This document shows positions 1 through 10,751 of a DNA stretch of 64,000 nucleotides, in pieces (the first letter of the stretch is position 1; each line of letters opens with the position of its first letter). The position numbers were made by a program, and so were the translations under genes. A model generated the notes under the pieces. The model did no database searches, was not told the DNA's origin, and saw only the letters and a program-made list of their open reading frames with translations. Source of the stretch: Candidatus Woesearchaeota archaeon (GTDB lineage Archaea; Nanobdellota; Nanobdellia; SCGC-AAA011-G17; JAGVXY01); contig JAGVXY010000011.1 in NCBI GenBank assembly GCA_018303545.1, positions 1,466 to 65,465 on the forward strand, written 5' to 3'.

Positions 1-1862
1 CCATAGTCCTCAAAATCTCCATTTAAATCCAAATAAACTTCTTTCCAGAGCGTATCTTGAGGTGTTAATCTTACAGTGGTAGTTCTCATCAGTGTATTCT
101 GCAGATTATTTATTCCTATCTCTACTGTCTGATCCATGTGCCCCGTATTTTCTATTTTTACATAAAATCTTAGTTCATTGCCATTCTGATAATAATCTGT
201 AGCCCTAATAAAGAACTCTTCATTATCTGCATATACCACATCTTCTTCAGTATTATCATGTACACTTTGACATCCAGGATCCTGCATATCTATCAGACCA
301 TCTCCGTCATTATCCAAACCGTCTTCACATGCATGAATTATTGTATCATTGATATCCTGCTCTGAATTATCCTTAGAGGAGGTACATCCAGGGTCTAAAG
401 GATAGTCTATCTTGCCGTCTCCATCATTGTCTATACCGTCTGAGCATTGGTAAACTGCGTTATTTTCATCATTATCATTTGCATTTTCACAGCCAGGATC
501 ATTGGGATAATCTATTAGGCCATCTCCATCATTATCAAGGTTATCTGAGCATTGTGAGACAAAATTGTACTCATCATTGTCTATTAAACTTAAACAGCCC
601 GGATCATTAGGATAATCAATCAAGCCATCTCCATCATTATCAAGGTTATCTGAGCATTGGTAAACAGGCGGATTATTATTTGTTTCATCGTCATCATACG
701 GATTTGAGCAGCCAGGATCATTAGGATAATCAATCAAGCCATCTCCATCATTATCAAGGTTATCTGAGCATTGATATGAAGTTGAATTTCCATCATCAAC
801 ATTAATCCAAACAGTTGCCGAATCTGATGCTAAATCATTGTCAAAAACCGTTAAAGTAGCCTGATAAATTCCGATATTATCATACTCATGTTCTACATTT
901 TTTCCAAACCAAATGCTTCCATCTCCAAAAGACCAAAAGTAAAACATTATTTGACCATCTAAATCATACGAAAATGAACCATCAAACTCGACGTTAAATG
1001 GTTCAATTCCAGTATTTCCTGGCTCAATTTGTATTATTGCAACAGGCAGTAAATTATTCGAAGTTCCATTGTCCAATACTGTTACTATAAAGGTATCCTC
1101 AGACATTAATTGTCCATCAGAAACCTGAACTTTTATCTGTGTTATTCCAACTTGCTGTGGAATTCCAAACACAAGTAAATTTCCATTTTGAATAGTTGCA
1201 CTAACAATCTCCGGATGAGTATTATCTAGAATTGTGAAAGTAAGCTCTGAATCTTGCTGCTCATTATCGCTGGCAAAATAATCTAATAGTATTGAATTCA
1301 TAGGCTGGTCAACAATAGCAACCTGATCTGGAATATCAATATGCGGGGGAGTATTAAAACCAGGATTAACTCCATTTATTACTCTGATAAAAGCCCATGC
1401 GCCTAATCCCTGATAACCTGTGGCAGTGAAATCAACCTGATAATATCCAGTGTACTGCGGATCATAATTCCAGCATTGCTGCTTGACTTGTCCAGGCATT
1501 AAAACAATTGATTCTTTGTTTATTATATCTCTAAGTATCTGAGGTTCATTATAATCCCAGACATTGTTTGCCAAAGTCCATTCATCAATTGCAGGAAAAC
1601 CTGAAGAAACATCAATTCCATTGCTCGTAGTTAATGAAAAGAAATAAGCCCTAGGCCTTAGGTTTATAGCATAATTATTTTCGTTTTTGTAGTCAACACA
1701 GATGTTTGCATTTTCAATATTAATATTGTAAGCGGCAGTTGGAACTTTATACCCGTATGGGGATGAAATCTCCACACCTTGCGCAGAGCTACCATCTCCT
1801 GCATCTACTGCTAATACGGCAAACATCAATACAATTACCAGCAAAAATAGTTTATGTAACAT
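1..1862 (-). CDS. Secreted repeat protein. N-terminal signal peptide, a PKD-like region, then tandem Asp/Gly-rich Cys-bounded modules (CSDNLDNDGDGLIDYPNDPGC, thrombospondin-type-3 / dockerin-like Ca-binding repeats). C-terminus cut by the window edge.
   Basis: Own translation of the minus strand starting at the ATG complementary to 1860-1862 (MLHKLFLLVIVLMFAVLAVDAGDG...). Open to position 1 as far as I could follow. The repeated DNDGDGLIDYPNDPGC modules match the DNA tandem repeats at 274-780. Not in the ORF track, presumably because it is truncated. Confidence 0.5.
   Translation of the reverse strand, partial: MLHKLFLLVIVLMFAVLAVDAGDGSSAQGVEISSPYGYKVPTAAYNINIENANICVDYKNENNYAINLRPRAYFFSLTTSNGIDVSSGFPAIDEWTLANNVWDYNEPQILRDIINKESIVLMPGQVKQQCWNYDPQYTGYYQVDFTATGYQGLGAWAFIRVINGVNPGFNTPPHIDIPDQVAIVDQPMNSILLDYFASDNEQQDSELTFTILDNTHPEIVSATIQNGNLLVFGIPQQVGITQIKVQVSDGQLMSEDTFIVTVLDNGTSNNLLPVAIIQIEPGNTGIEPFNVEFDGSFSYDLDGQIMFYFWSFGDGSIWFGKNVEHEYDNIGIYQATLTVFDNDLASDSATVWINVDDGNSTSYQCSDNLDNDGDGLIDYPNDPGCSNPYDDDETNNNPPVYQCSDNLDNDGDGLIDYPNDPGCLSLIDNDEYNFVSQCSDNLDNDGDGLIDYPNDPGCENANDNDENNAVYQCSDGIDNDGDGKIDYPLDPGCTSSKDNSEQDINDTIIHACEDGLDNDGDGLIDMQDPGCQSVHDNTEEDVVYADNEEFFIRATDYYQNGNELRFYVKIENTGHMDQTVEIGINNLQNTLMRTTTVRLTPQDTLWKEVYLDLNGDFEDY
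274..780. repeat. Tandem DNA repeats of about 105-115 bp period inside the secreted-protein gene. Three near-identical 60-bp cores start at about 494, 598 and 712; two more diverged copies start at about 274 and 383.
   Basis: Core ggatcattaggataatcaatcaagccatctccatcattatcaaggttatctgagcattg read three times in the sequence. Confidence 0.8.
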
Positions 1863-1941
1863 TTCTTTGCTGTCAAGTAACAACTAATATTTAAAGCTTT
1901 CGAAAGTTGCCACTATAAAGTTTAGACAATACTGAAAATCC

Positions 1942-2574
1942 CTAAATTAACAACTCCGGTAGATTAGCTGCAGATTTAATAATTCTCCAAGGTCTCTGTT
2001 TTTTAAGTTCTTTTTGACCATGTACTGTGCCTGTTAAAACGCCTATTGGTCTTGCTCTTGCTCTCTTCCCTGCCTTAATATCGTATATAGTATCTCCTAC
2101 CATATAATCTGCTTTCAAATGCAATATTTTTTCAGCCTTCTTTATCTCTTCAGGATTTGGCTTCCCATCGTGAACCTCATCGCCGCCAATTATAACATCA
2201 AAAAGCTTAAAGTCTATTTTAGCCCCTTTGAGGAGGGCCATAACTTCCCTATGGCTTGAATTTGAAAGCAATGCCAAATTATAATGTTTTTTTAGTTTAA
2301 TCAATGCATTTTTTACACCAGGAAACGCCTTAGCATATTTGTGTGTTTTCTTAACAACTAAAGTTCTGTGTTCTTCAACGATCGTAGGAATAATCTTTTT
2401 GGGATAACCTAATCGTTCCAAGATTATATGTAAAGGCAACCCAAATAATTTCAAGAATTCCTCATTTGAATGGTCTTTCAGCCTATATTTTTTTAAGGTG
2501 GCATGTATAGCAGTCAAATGAACCTTATCGGAATAAATTAAAGTCCCATCAAGATCAAAGCAAATAAGCCTCAT
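1942..2574 (-). CDS. HAD-superfamily hydrolase (phosphatase, e.g. phosphoglycolate-phosphatase-like)
   Basis: N-terminal CFDLDGTL motif (HAD motif I DxDxT), 210 aa, later GDTIYDI motif. Confidence 0.7.
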   Translation of the reverse strand: MRLICFDLDGTLIYSDKVHLTAIHATLKKYRLKDHSNEEFLKLFGLPLHIILERLGYPKKIIPTIVEEHRTLVVKKTHKYAKAFPGVKNALIKLKKHYNLALLSNSSHREVMALLKGAKIDFKLFDVIIGGDEVHDGKPNPEEIKKAEKILHLKADYMVGDTIYDIKAGKRARARPIGVLTGTVHGQKELKKQRPWRIIKSAANLPELLI

Positions 2575-3367
2575 TTTTTATAAGTTTCCTCGCTCTTTTA
2601 GCATATTTTTTAGGTTTGAAGATGCCCTGTTCGCATACAATTCCTTTTATAAACTTAAATGGTACAGCATCAAAGGCAGGATTCATAATCTTTACCTTCT
2701 TCGGCGGTCTTTCCCAAATCTCTTTAATATCTCTAAATTCCATTTCCGTTTTTCTGTCATAATCATATTTCAGCAGAGAAGTAACATGGTAAACTGGCTT
2801 TCTGTAATAATGCGCTATCATGGCAATATTCATACTCCCTATTTTATTAAATACTACTTTCCTTACCGCTCCTTCTACGGAGTCCGCTCCAAGCAAGACT
2901 AAATCACATTCTTTCAGATATGTCTCTGCAGCAGAATCGACAAAATGTATGGTCTTTATTCCAAAATTAGTGAGTTCTTTAGCCGTCATTCTTCCTTGAA
3001 ATCTCGGCCTTGATTCAGTGCAGTAAACAGTAATATTTTTCTTTTTAACTTCTTTCAAAACGGCAATCACAGAACCAGAATGGCAGTGCGTAAATATTTT
3101 GGAATTATTTCTTATTAACTTAGCCCCATTAATAGCAATTCTTTTCTTCATCTCTTTCATATAATGCACTGCAACAGGAAAATTCTTCTTTGGATCCTTA
3201 GTCACAAAACGAACCAAGTTCCTTAGGGCTGGTTCAGTAGGTCTTAATTTCAATATTTCGTTGGGTCTATTCTTCTTAGTTAACGCAAGAATTCCCGCCA
3301 AAGCAACCCTATTTGCCCCCTGAATCTCTAAGTTCTTAATCTTTCTCTTTATTTCATTAAAATTCAT
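2555..3367 (-). CDS. eIF-2B alpha/beta/delta family protein (e2b2; possibly ribose-1,5-bisphosphate isomerase or an MTR-1-P isomerase-like protein)
   Basis: 270 aa. Pattern ...IFTHCHSGSV...TESRP..QG...LLGADSV... typical of the IF-2B family. Confidence 0.6.
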   Translation of the reverse strand: MNFNEIKRKIKNLEIQGANRVALAGILALTKKNRPNEILKLRPTEPALRNLVRFVTKDPKKNFPVAVHYMKEMKKRIAINGAKLIRNNSKIFTHCHSGSVIAVLKEVKKKNITVYCTESRPRFQGRMTAKELTNFGIKTIHFVDSAAETYLKECDLVLLGADSVEGAVRKVVFNKIGSMNIAMIAHYYRKPVYHVTSLLKYDYDRKTEMEFRDIKEIWERPPKKVKIMNPAFDAVPFKFIKGIVCEQGIFKPKKYAKRARKLIKNEAYLL

Positions 3368-3425
3368 ATACTTAATAATATTAAAAGAAATTTATAAGCT
3401 TTGTTATTTTAAAGTGAAACTATAC

Positions 3426-3722
3426 TCACTCCAGCAGTGACTTCTTATTGATCTTACTTTTTACTTTATTTATTTCTTCATCTAGCTTATTCAGTTGTTT
3501 ATTTATTTTATTTAAAGAGATATTGCCCGACCTATTAATCGCTCGGGGTTCAGGTATTTCCATATTAATTTCATTTTTTTCAACAATTTTTTTTGATGGT
3601 GCTAATTTCATCTTTTTCTGATCTGCAACTTCTTCCCATGAAGGCAACTCCTCAGGTGCTCCATTATTAATAATGTCCATTTTATTTCCTCCAAACTTCA
3701 TATAATTAACTACAATTAACAT
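3426..3722 (-). CDS. Hypothetical small protein
   Basis: 98-aa ORF in an otherwise empty interval. No recognisable motif. Its start may be at an internal Met. Confidence 0.3.
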   Translation of the reverse strand: MLIVVNYMKFGGNKMDIINNGAPEELPSWEEVADQKKMKLAPSKKIVEKNEINMEIPEPRAINRSGNISLNKINKQLNKLDEEINKVKSKINKKSLLE

Positions 3723-3799
3723 AATTCTCTTTAGTATATAAATCTTTTTTTATAAATTCAGCAAAACCTTTTTAAATTGCTCTAAACCCTAAATTCACT

Positions 3800-5512
3800 A
3801 TGTTAAGAAAACTAATACTTACAGTAATGGGTCATGTAGATCATGGAAAAACATCTATACTAGATTTTATTAGAAAGACCTCTGTTTTCAAAGGTGAAGC
3901 AGGAGGTATAACCCAGATGATTAGCTCTTCGGTATTATCTTTAAATCAAATTAAAGAAGTCTGCGGCAAACTTTTAGAAAATAAAAATATTACTATTCCC
4001 GGTCTAATAGCAATAGACACACCAGGTCATGCTGCATTCTCTTCATTAAGAAAACGTGGAGGTTCTTTAGCAGATATCGCAATTTTAGTAATTGATATCA
4101 ATGAAGGCATAAAGCCTCAGACGATAGAAAGTTTAAATATATTAAAACAGTCTAAAACCCCATTTATCATAGCGACAAATAAAATTGATTTGATAAACGG
4201 ATGGCATTCAAATAAAAATTCATTTATCTTAAAAAACATCGAATCACAAGGCCCTTCAGTTCAAACAAAATTGGATATGCAATTATACGAAATTGTTGGG
4301 AGATTGCATGAGGAGGGATTCCCATCAGAAAGATTTGATAGAATTGATGATTATACAAAATCCATAGCAATCGTTCCGTGTTCAGCTTTAACCGGTGAAG
4401 GTCTTCCAGAATTATTAATGGTAGTCACGGGATTAGCTCAAAAATATTTAGAGCAGGATTTAGAATTCAATGCTAATTCTCCTGCAAAAGGTACGATTTT
4501 AGAAGTTCGTGAGCAGAAAGGAGTCGGCCAGGCAATTGATGCAATAATTTATGATGGACAAATTAAAGTCAATGATATCATTGTAATAGGGGGTATTGAT
4601 GGGCCCATAGTTACAAAAATTCGAGGCTTGTTCGAGCAGGAAAAAAGCAAATTAAACTCTGTAAAAAAATCCACTGCTGCAGCAGCTATAAGAATTTCAG
4701 CACCAGACATTGATAAGGTTATTTCTGGTATGCCCTTCGTTGTAGCTATAAATATTGAAGAGGCTAAAATTCAAGTTCAAAAAGAAATTCAGGATATCAC
4801 AATAGAAACAGAGAAAGATGGAGTTGTTATCAAAGCAGATAGTTTGGGTTCTTTAGAAGCGATGATTAATCTTCTTAAAGATAAAAAAATAACAATAAAA
4901 CATGCTTCAATCGGCCATATTACTAAAAAAGACCTTTCATTAGCAGAATCAGCAAAAGATGAAACAAATAAAGTCGTTTTAGGTTTCAATGTCAATTCTC
5001 AAGATTTAAACCCTGAAGTTAAAATTATAACTCATGATATAATTTACAGAATAATTGAAGAGTACCTTAAATGGAGAGAATCAAAGCAAAAAGAATTAGA
5101 GACAATCAAATTAGAAAAATTACCAAAGCCATTTAAAATAAAAATATTAAAGGGGTGTATTTTTCGCCAGTCTAATCCAGCCGTTGTCGGCATCGAAGTC
5201 CTTGGTGGTACTATAATTGTAGGATCTCAGATAATGCTTGCCGATGGAAAAAGACTAACTGAAGTTAAATCGATGCAGGAAGACAAAGAAAATGTGCATG
5301 AGGCAAAGAAAGGCGCTCAATTAGCTATTTCACTTCCCAACATAACTTGTGGCCGCCAAATCGTAGAAAATCAAATTTTATATTCAGACATTAATGAAGA
5401 GGAATTCAGACAGTTAAAGGTAATGAAGAAATACCTTTCAAAAGATGATGTCGAAGTTCTTAAAGAAATAGCCAACATAAAAAGGCAAGACAATCCCGTC
5501 TGGGGCGCTTAA
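3800..5512 (+). CDS. infB: Translation initiation factor aIF5B/eIF5B (IF2 homolog)
   Basis: GHVDHGKT P-loop, DTPGH, NKID G-motifs. 570 aa. Followed by rps6e as in many archaea. Confidence 0.85.
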   Translation: MLRKLILTVMGHVDHGKTSILDFIRKTSVFKGEAGGITQMISSSVLSLNQIKEVCGKLLENKNITIPGLIAIDTPGHAAFSSLRKRGGSLADIAILVIDINEGIKPQTIESLNILKQSKTPFIIATNKIDLINGWHSNKNSFILKNIESQGPSVQTKLDMQLYEIVGRLHEEGFPSERFDRIDDYTKSIAIVPCSALTGEGLPELLMVVTGLAQKYLEQDLEFNANSPAKGTILEVREQKGVGQAIDAIIYDGQIKVNDIIVIGGIDGPIVTKIRGLFEQEKSKLNSVKKSTAAAAIRISAPDIDKVISGMPFVVAINIEEAKIQVQKEIQDITIETEKDGVVIKADSLGSLEAMINLLKDKKITIKHASIGHITKKDLSLAESAKDETNKVVLGFNVNSQDLNPEVKIITHDIIYRIIEEYLKWRESKQKELETIKLEKLPKPFKIKILKGCIFRQSNPAVVGIEVLGGTIIVGSQIMLADGKRLTEVKSMQEDKENVHEAKKGAQLAISLPNITCGRQIVENQILYSDINEEEFRQLKVMKKYLSKDDVEVLKEIANIKRQDNPVWGA

Positions 5513-5568
5513 AAAAACAGAAATCTTTATAAAGGAATAACCAAAGATAATTACAAAGGTGTTATAAT

Positions 5569-5964
5569 ATGACTGAATTAAAAATTGTGATAAACGATAC
5601 CAAGACAGGAAAAAGCTATGCAAAGACAGCAGAAGATGACAGCTTTTTAGGCCTCAGATTAGGTTCTAAGATTAAAGGCGATGTTATTGGTTTAGATGGC
5701 TATGAATTGGAAATTTCTGGTGGAAGTGATAATGCCGGTTTTCCTATGGTCAGAAAGGTCAACACAACAGCAAGAAAAAGAGTATTGCTTACATGCGGCC
5801 CTGGAATAAAGATAAAGACTAAAGGAGCTAAGATCCGAAAGTCAATCCGTGGCAGCATTATAGCTGACGATATCAAGCACTTAAATTTAAAAGTTATTAA
5901 GTATGGTTCTAAGAGTCTTGAAGAGTCTTTAGGCATAGCACCAAAAGAAGAGAAAAAAGAGTAA
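5569..5964 (+). CDS. rps6e: 30S ribosomal protein S6e
   Basis: 131 aa. KIVINDTKTGKSY...GFPM..G.....R.LL typical S6e N-terminus and Lys/Arg-rich C-terminal half. Confidence 0.75.
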   Translation: MTELKIVINDTKTGKSYAKTAEDDSFLGLRLGSKIKGDVIGLDGYELEISGGSDNAGFPMVRKVNTTARKRVLLTCGPGIKIKTKGAKIRKSIRGSIIADDIKHLNLKVIKYGSKSLEESLGIAPKEEKKE

Positions 5965-6048
5965 ATTCTTTAATTATGTTTTTTTAATAAGCTATTTTTC
6001 TAGATAATAAATTAAAGTATAAATAAAGAAGAATAAAAAGAAAAAAAA

Positions 6049-8025
6049 TTAATGCTTTCCGATGAAAAGCAATTTTATGAAATACAATGCGATTGCTATC
6101 AAAGCAATATCTCCAAGTATCCAAATTGTGCTTGACGATCCGGAGGTACCGTTTTTCAACTTGTCAAGCCAACTGGCCTTAGCTTCGTTTGCTTCAATAT
6201 TCAATGCAGCTGCGTCAGTAAAGACAATCTTTCCGTCTTTTTTAGCCACAAAGTTTATGCTGAAAGTTCCTTCAACATCATCCTTTATTGCCATGTCGAA
6301 GTAGATTGTGCTTACCTGCCCCTTTGAGAGCACGACTGTTTTCATCTTAGGTGCCTGAAGAGTAAACTCATCTGTGTTAGCTGCCTCAACCGTAAATTCA
6401 TTGAAGCCCAGCATATTGCTTGTAATCTTTACAGGTATGCTTACTCTCTTTCCAGCAACTGCAGAATATTCATCCTGCAAAACCTCAATTGTAGCATCGC
6501 CTAATATTACTGTGTTGTCTGCATCATCATCTACAACAACATCATCTTCAGTCTGTCCTTCAGCAAGTATTCTTACTTTCTTTGTGAAAGCTTCGCTGTT
6601 CTTGTCGCCATCATCGCAGTATGCGGTGAAAACAATTTCATATTCTCCAGCCTTTACATTACTTGGAATCTTGTAGCTGATTGAGGCAGTGTAATCATCA
6701 CTATCGCCCGCTTTTTCAAGATCGAATGTATTGCTTTCAACAAGGGAATTCTCAATTCCAAGAATTTCCATTGTTACATATGAATCATCTTCATCTGAAG
6801 TGCCTATGTTAAGTACATCCACACTAGCAGACAACAATGAACCAACAGTTACTGCACTAGAAACCTTTACATCTTCAACAATCACCTGATGTTTGTTTCT
6901 TTCCAACTTTATTGGAATTTTAACATAAGAACAGTAGTCGCTTTCATCGCCTTCTTCATAAGCTTTTACATACATATAAAATGTATCGCTACTATCAAGG
7001 TCATAGTCAAATGGCACTTGAAGAGTCATATCAAAAGTTTCACGTTTACCTTCATCAATTGACAAACTATCAGATTCAACAGAGTCTCCGACCTGCTCAT
7101 CCTGGTCTATGTTATAGATGAATGCTTCGACAATCACGCTGTCCATGTCTTCATCATTATCATTTCTTACTTCTGCACCAATATGAATTATTTCTCCAGG
7201 TCTGAACTTGTCTCCAGAATCAGGTTCATCGGTAGTCAATTTTAACTTGCCCATTATTCCGTCATCACAGATTTCAGGTTCAACTTCAATTCTCAAATTG
7301 AAGCTTTTTACTATTCCATTCAAGGTGACATTCACAGGTACAACATATGTGCCATATTCTACATTATCGGCAACATTAACAGTGAAAGTTATATCCTGAG
7401 TCAATCCGCCGTTAATTGAGAACGAAGTTGGTGCATGCGTTATTGTAATCTTATGTCCTTCTCCATCATCAACGCTTGTCTGATAATTTATTGCGGTAGG
7501 TGACAAAGGCACATTGCCTGTATTCACTATCGTTATTTTACCAGTAGCGCCGGTTGTATCAATCTGAGTTGAGATAGTTACATCTGAATCACTCAAAGTA
7601 AAGCTTACGTCTGGCAGTACAGTAACTAACAAATTGAAGCTGTCCGTATTGCTGGAATCAGCTGTATCGGTAACAGTCACAGTACTTGTATATACGCCCT
7701 GGGCAACATATTGCGGCACGTTCACTGTCAGTATCATTGCTTTTGTAGTTCCAGCAGTAACAACTGTACTTGAAGGCCAAGTTATGTATAGCCCGTTTGT
7801 AAAAGCAGTATTAGTAAATGAAACAACCATATCTGTAGCACCACTGTTTGCAACATTAAAGTTGGCAGCTATGCCACTACTATGGTTACCATTCACAGAA
7901 ACACTTGCTTCAACAACATTTAGAGTGCCCACTGCGCTAGCCACGCCTGCAAAAGCAAGCATAACCAATGCCATTATAGCACCCAATAATATTTTTCTGA
8001 TCATTTTTTTGGTACCCCCTATCAA
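6049..8025 (-). CDS. Large cell-surface (S-layer-like) protein with N-terminal signal peptide and C-terminal transmembrane anchor
   Basis: 658 aa, Thr/Ser/Val-rich beta-rich sequence. Signal peptide MIRKILLGAIMALVMLAFAGVASA. C-terminal hydrophobic helix WILGDIALIAIALYFIKLLFIGKH. Confidence 0.5.
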   Translation of the reverse strand: MIGGTKKMIRKILLGAIMALVMLAFAGVASAVGTLNVVEASVSVNGNHSSGIAANFNVANSGATDMVVSFTNTAFTNGLYITWPSSTVVTAGTTKAMILTVNVPQYVAQGVYTSTVTVTDTADSSNTDSFNLLVTVLPDVSFTLSDSDVTISTQIDTTGATGKITIVNTGNVPLSPTAINYQTSVDDGEGHKITITHAPTSFSINGGLTQDITFTVNVADNVEYGTYVVPVNVTLNGIVKSFNLRIEVEPEICDDGIMGKLKLTTDEPDSGDKFRPGEIIHIGAEVRNDNDEDMDSVIVEAFIYNIDQDEQVGDSVESDSLSIDEGKRETFDMTLQVPFDYDLDSSDTFYMYVKAYEEGDESDYCSYVKIPIKLERNKHQVIVEDVKVSSAVTVGSLLSASVDVLNIGTSDEDDSYVTMEILGIENSLVESNTFDLEKAGDSDDYTASISYKIPSNVKAGEYEIVFTAYCDDGDKNSEAFTKKVRILAEGQTEDDVVVDDDADNTVILGDATIEVLQDEYSAVAGKRVSIPVKITSNMLGFNEFTVEAANTDEFTLQAPKMKTVVLSKGQVSTIYFDMAIKDDVEGTFSINFVAKKDGKIVFTDAAALNIEANEAKASWLDKLKNGTSGSSSTIWILGDIALIAIALYFIKLLFIGKH

Positions 8026-8149
8026 TATTATAGATAGTAGACTCCTTCGTGATAGGTCCCTATATTTAAAGGTTACGGTCTGAAATTAACATCAAGTAGT
8101 AAAAAACAGAAAAGAAAAGCTTTAATTACCGAAGCAGCATAACAAATCC

Positions 8150-9403
8150 ATGGCCTTTAGCAAGCAATTAGCAATAATATATCCAAATAGGGAGTTCGGA
8201 GGAATCTATAGCCTAGGGCCCCTAATCCTCTTTAACATCGTGAACAAAATTCCCGGATGGAGATGCTCAAGGCAGTACCTTGACAGCAATAACTTAAAAG
8301 GAATAAATCTAATAGGCTTTACAATGCAGTATGAACTTGATTTTTACAATTTTGAGAAAATACTTCTAAAAAATAACATTTCATTGGAAAAATCCAGAAA
8401 AGAGATTATATTCGCAGGTGGTCCCTGCGTCAATACTAATACAAAACCAATGGAAAACTATATTGATTTCTTCATTTTAGGCAATGTTGAGAATGTAATT
8501 AGTAGTGTGTTAGAATTATATACTAACAATAAAGATGAATTTTTAAAAAATATCTCAAAAATCAAAGGGGTATATATTCCCGGTTTAAACAAAAAAATCG
8601 ATAATTTCGACATTGATTTAGACAAGATAGAATATCCCATTTTACAACCATTTCCTGATAGAATAACAGAAGAGTTTGTATTCGGCAGAGTTTTTATGCT
8701 TGAAATTGAAAGAGGTTGTCCTTTTGCTTGCAAATTCTGCCTTATGAAAAAGTTTTATGATAAAGTTCATTATAGAAGTTTAGATAATATTAAACAGATA
8801 ATAGATCAGGGAGTAAAAATAAACAAAGTAAATAAGATAATCATATATTCGCCTTCATTCACGCATCCAAAAAGGAAAGAAATATTAAAATACATTCTGT
8901 CTAAGGGATTAGAATTTTCTGTTCCATCATTAAAGGTAGAATATGTTGATAAAGAGCTTTTAGAATTAATTAAAAATGGTGGTCAAAAGACCTTAACTGT
9001 GGCCCCAGAGTGCAATGAACTTTTAAGAAAATCAATAGGAAAAGATATATCCGACGAAATATTCTTTAAATTTATAGATTATGCAAATTTTTACAATTTT
9101 AAAAAAATCAAATATTATATGATGATTGGTCTTCCTGAACAGACAGAAAAGGACTTAGGAGAATTAGTAGATTTCATAGAATTATCAAAGAAAAGATTCA
9201 AGGGGGAATTATACGTTTCTATCAATCCGTTCGTTCCTAAACCAGGCATGCAATTTGAAAACCATATATTTGATAAAAAATTAATCAAAAAGCAGCTTAT
9301 GTTCTTGAAAAAACATCTTAAAGTCAAATTCAAAGTTGCAAATATCAATTTATCTCATAAAGAATGGCTTCTTGCTAATTCATCTGATTTCAGACAGATT
9401 TAG
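8150..9403 (+). CDS. Radical SAM domain protein
   Basis: CPFACKFC (CxxxCxxC) cluster motif in a 417-aa protein. Confidence 0.65.
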   Translation: MAFSKQLAIIYPNREFGGIYSLGPLILFNIVNKIPGWRCSRQYLDSNNLKGINLIGFTMQYELDFYNFEKILLKNNISLEKSRKEIIFAGGPCVNTNTKPMENYIDFFILGNVENVISSVLELYTNNKDEFLKNISKIKGVYIPGLNKKIDNFDIDLDKIEYPILQPFPDRITEEFVFGRVFMLEIERGCPFACKFCLMKKFYDKVHYRSLDNIKQIIDQGVKINKVNKIIIYSPSFTHPKRKEILKYILSKGLEFSVPSLKVEYVDKELLELIKNGGQKTLTVAPECNELLRKSIGKDISDEIFFKFIDYANFYNFKKIKYYMMIGLPEQTEKDLGELVDFIELSKKRFKGELYVSINPFVPKPGMQFENHIFDKKLIKKQLMFLKKHLKVKFKVANINLSHKEWLLANSSDFRQI

Positions 9404-9551
9404 GGAATATTTTTATATACCCAAAATAAATCCATTTCAAATATGGATTATAAATTACTTGTTAAAAAAACAGGAATTCTACTACATTAAATTGAGTTAA
9501 TTCCACTCATTGACCTAAAGTTATTTAAAGAATTAAATTAATAACGAATTA

Positions 9552-10052
9552 ATGAAATATGAACATAAATTAGGTTTAAGAGTCATTTTAGCCTTAATCT
9601 TAATTTATCCTGTTTTCAATTTTATTATAACCCCATTAACCAAATATTTGGTATATTTCATTAGTCTCACTTTTTTCAGCATTTCATTAAATAACAACAT
9701 TTTTCAGCTTGGAAATTATCACTTAGAATTCGTTAGCGCCTGTGCAGCAATTTCAGCATATTATCTAATCTTCATTTTAGTTATATTCACTAAAGATTTA
9801 AGTTTTAAAAATACATTTAAGATATTCTTCACCGGGGCTTTATTAATCCTTATAATGAATTTATTGAGAATAGAGTTAATGTTTTTTATTCTAACCAATT
9901 ATAGTTCTAATCTTTTCGATAAGGTTCATCTTTTCTTCTGGGAAATTGTTTCAACACTATATGTTGCAGGAGTTTGGATATTCCTAGTCAAATACTACAA
10001 GATAAAAAGCATACCCTTCTATAGTGATCTAAAAAAACTGATTAAGCGATAA
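9552..10052 (+). CDS. Polytopic membrane protein, function unknown
   Basis: 166 aa with four to five hydrophobic helices. Confidence 0.4.
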   Translation: MKYEHKLGLRVILALILIYPVFNFIITPLTKYLVYFISLTFFSISLNNNIFQLGNYHLEFVSACAAISAYYLIFILVIFTKDLSFKNTFKIFFTGALLILIMNLLRIELMFFILTNYSSNLFDKVHLFFWEIVSTLYVAGVWIFLVKYYKIKSIPFYSDLKKLIKR

Positions 10053-10058
10053 ATTTGA

Positions 10059-10616
10059 TTAAATCAGTCGGCCTATCAATAAAACCACAAGGATTCCTGC
10101 AGTATTAAGGGTAAAGGATAATAATACAAAGAGTCTTGTCGAAATTGAATGCGAAATAGCAAACAAAGAAACACCAATTTCATCAGGCAAGGGGGAAGCA
10201 ATTATAAATCCTGCTAAGACTGGGATGAGATATCTTTTTAGTAAATGAGGAATTTTTTTATCAATTCGGTATATTGCCTTTTCTTTAGATAACCTTTCAA
10301 TCTCATCCGAAAAAGAAAATCGAATAAATTTAAAGATTATCAAATCTCCCACCAATGCCCCAAAGCCTGAAATAAACCCGGCCAATAGAAGATTATATTG
10401 TCCAGATATTATCAGTAAAATTGCAGTGGCAGGCGCAGCTGTAAAACCATATGTAAAGAATATCCCTAATAAAAAAAGCCCAAAATATCCAGAAATAATT
10501 AAAAAGTTTTGAAATGGCAAAAAATCTCTTCCTGAAAATATTAAATAGGCAATAACAAATGTAATCCCAAGAAGAATCAGTTTAGGGTATTTTATTTGGG
10601 ATAAAAATTTTCTCAT
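10059..10616 (-). CDS. Polytopic membrane protein, function unknown
   Basis: 185 aa, multiple hydrophobic helices. Confidence 0.4.
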   Translation of the reverse strand: MRKFLSQIKYPKLILLGITFVIAYLIFSGRDFLPFQNFLIISGYFGLFLLGIFFTYGFTAAPATAILLIISGQYNLLLAGFISGFGALVGDLIIFKFIRFSFSDEIERLSKEKAIYRIDKKIPHLLKRYLIPVLAGFIIASPLPDEIGVSLFAISHSISTRLFVLLSFTLNTAGILVVLLIGRLI

Positions 10617-10751
10617 AAAGTTATCATATTTCGAGGATTAATAAAATTTGCGGGTTAAATATCGATATTATCCTAAACTTCGGAAAAAGGGCAGATTAAT
10701 GAAAAAATTTAAAAAGTAATAAAGCCACATTATCTCCAGAGGAGGTGGAAT

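Noticed and set aside
4789-8083. Multiple 60-150-aa ORFs antisense to or out of frame with infB, rps6e and the 658-aa surface protein (for example 4789..4995, 5438..5623, 6062..6304, 6374..6676, 7208..7399, 7634..8083).
   Set aside because: Completely embedded in strongly supported genes. Low-complexity or hydrophobic translations typical of AT-rich antisense frames.
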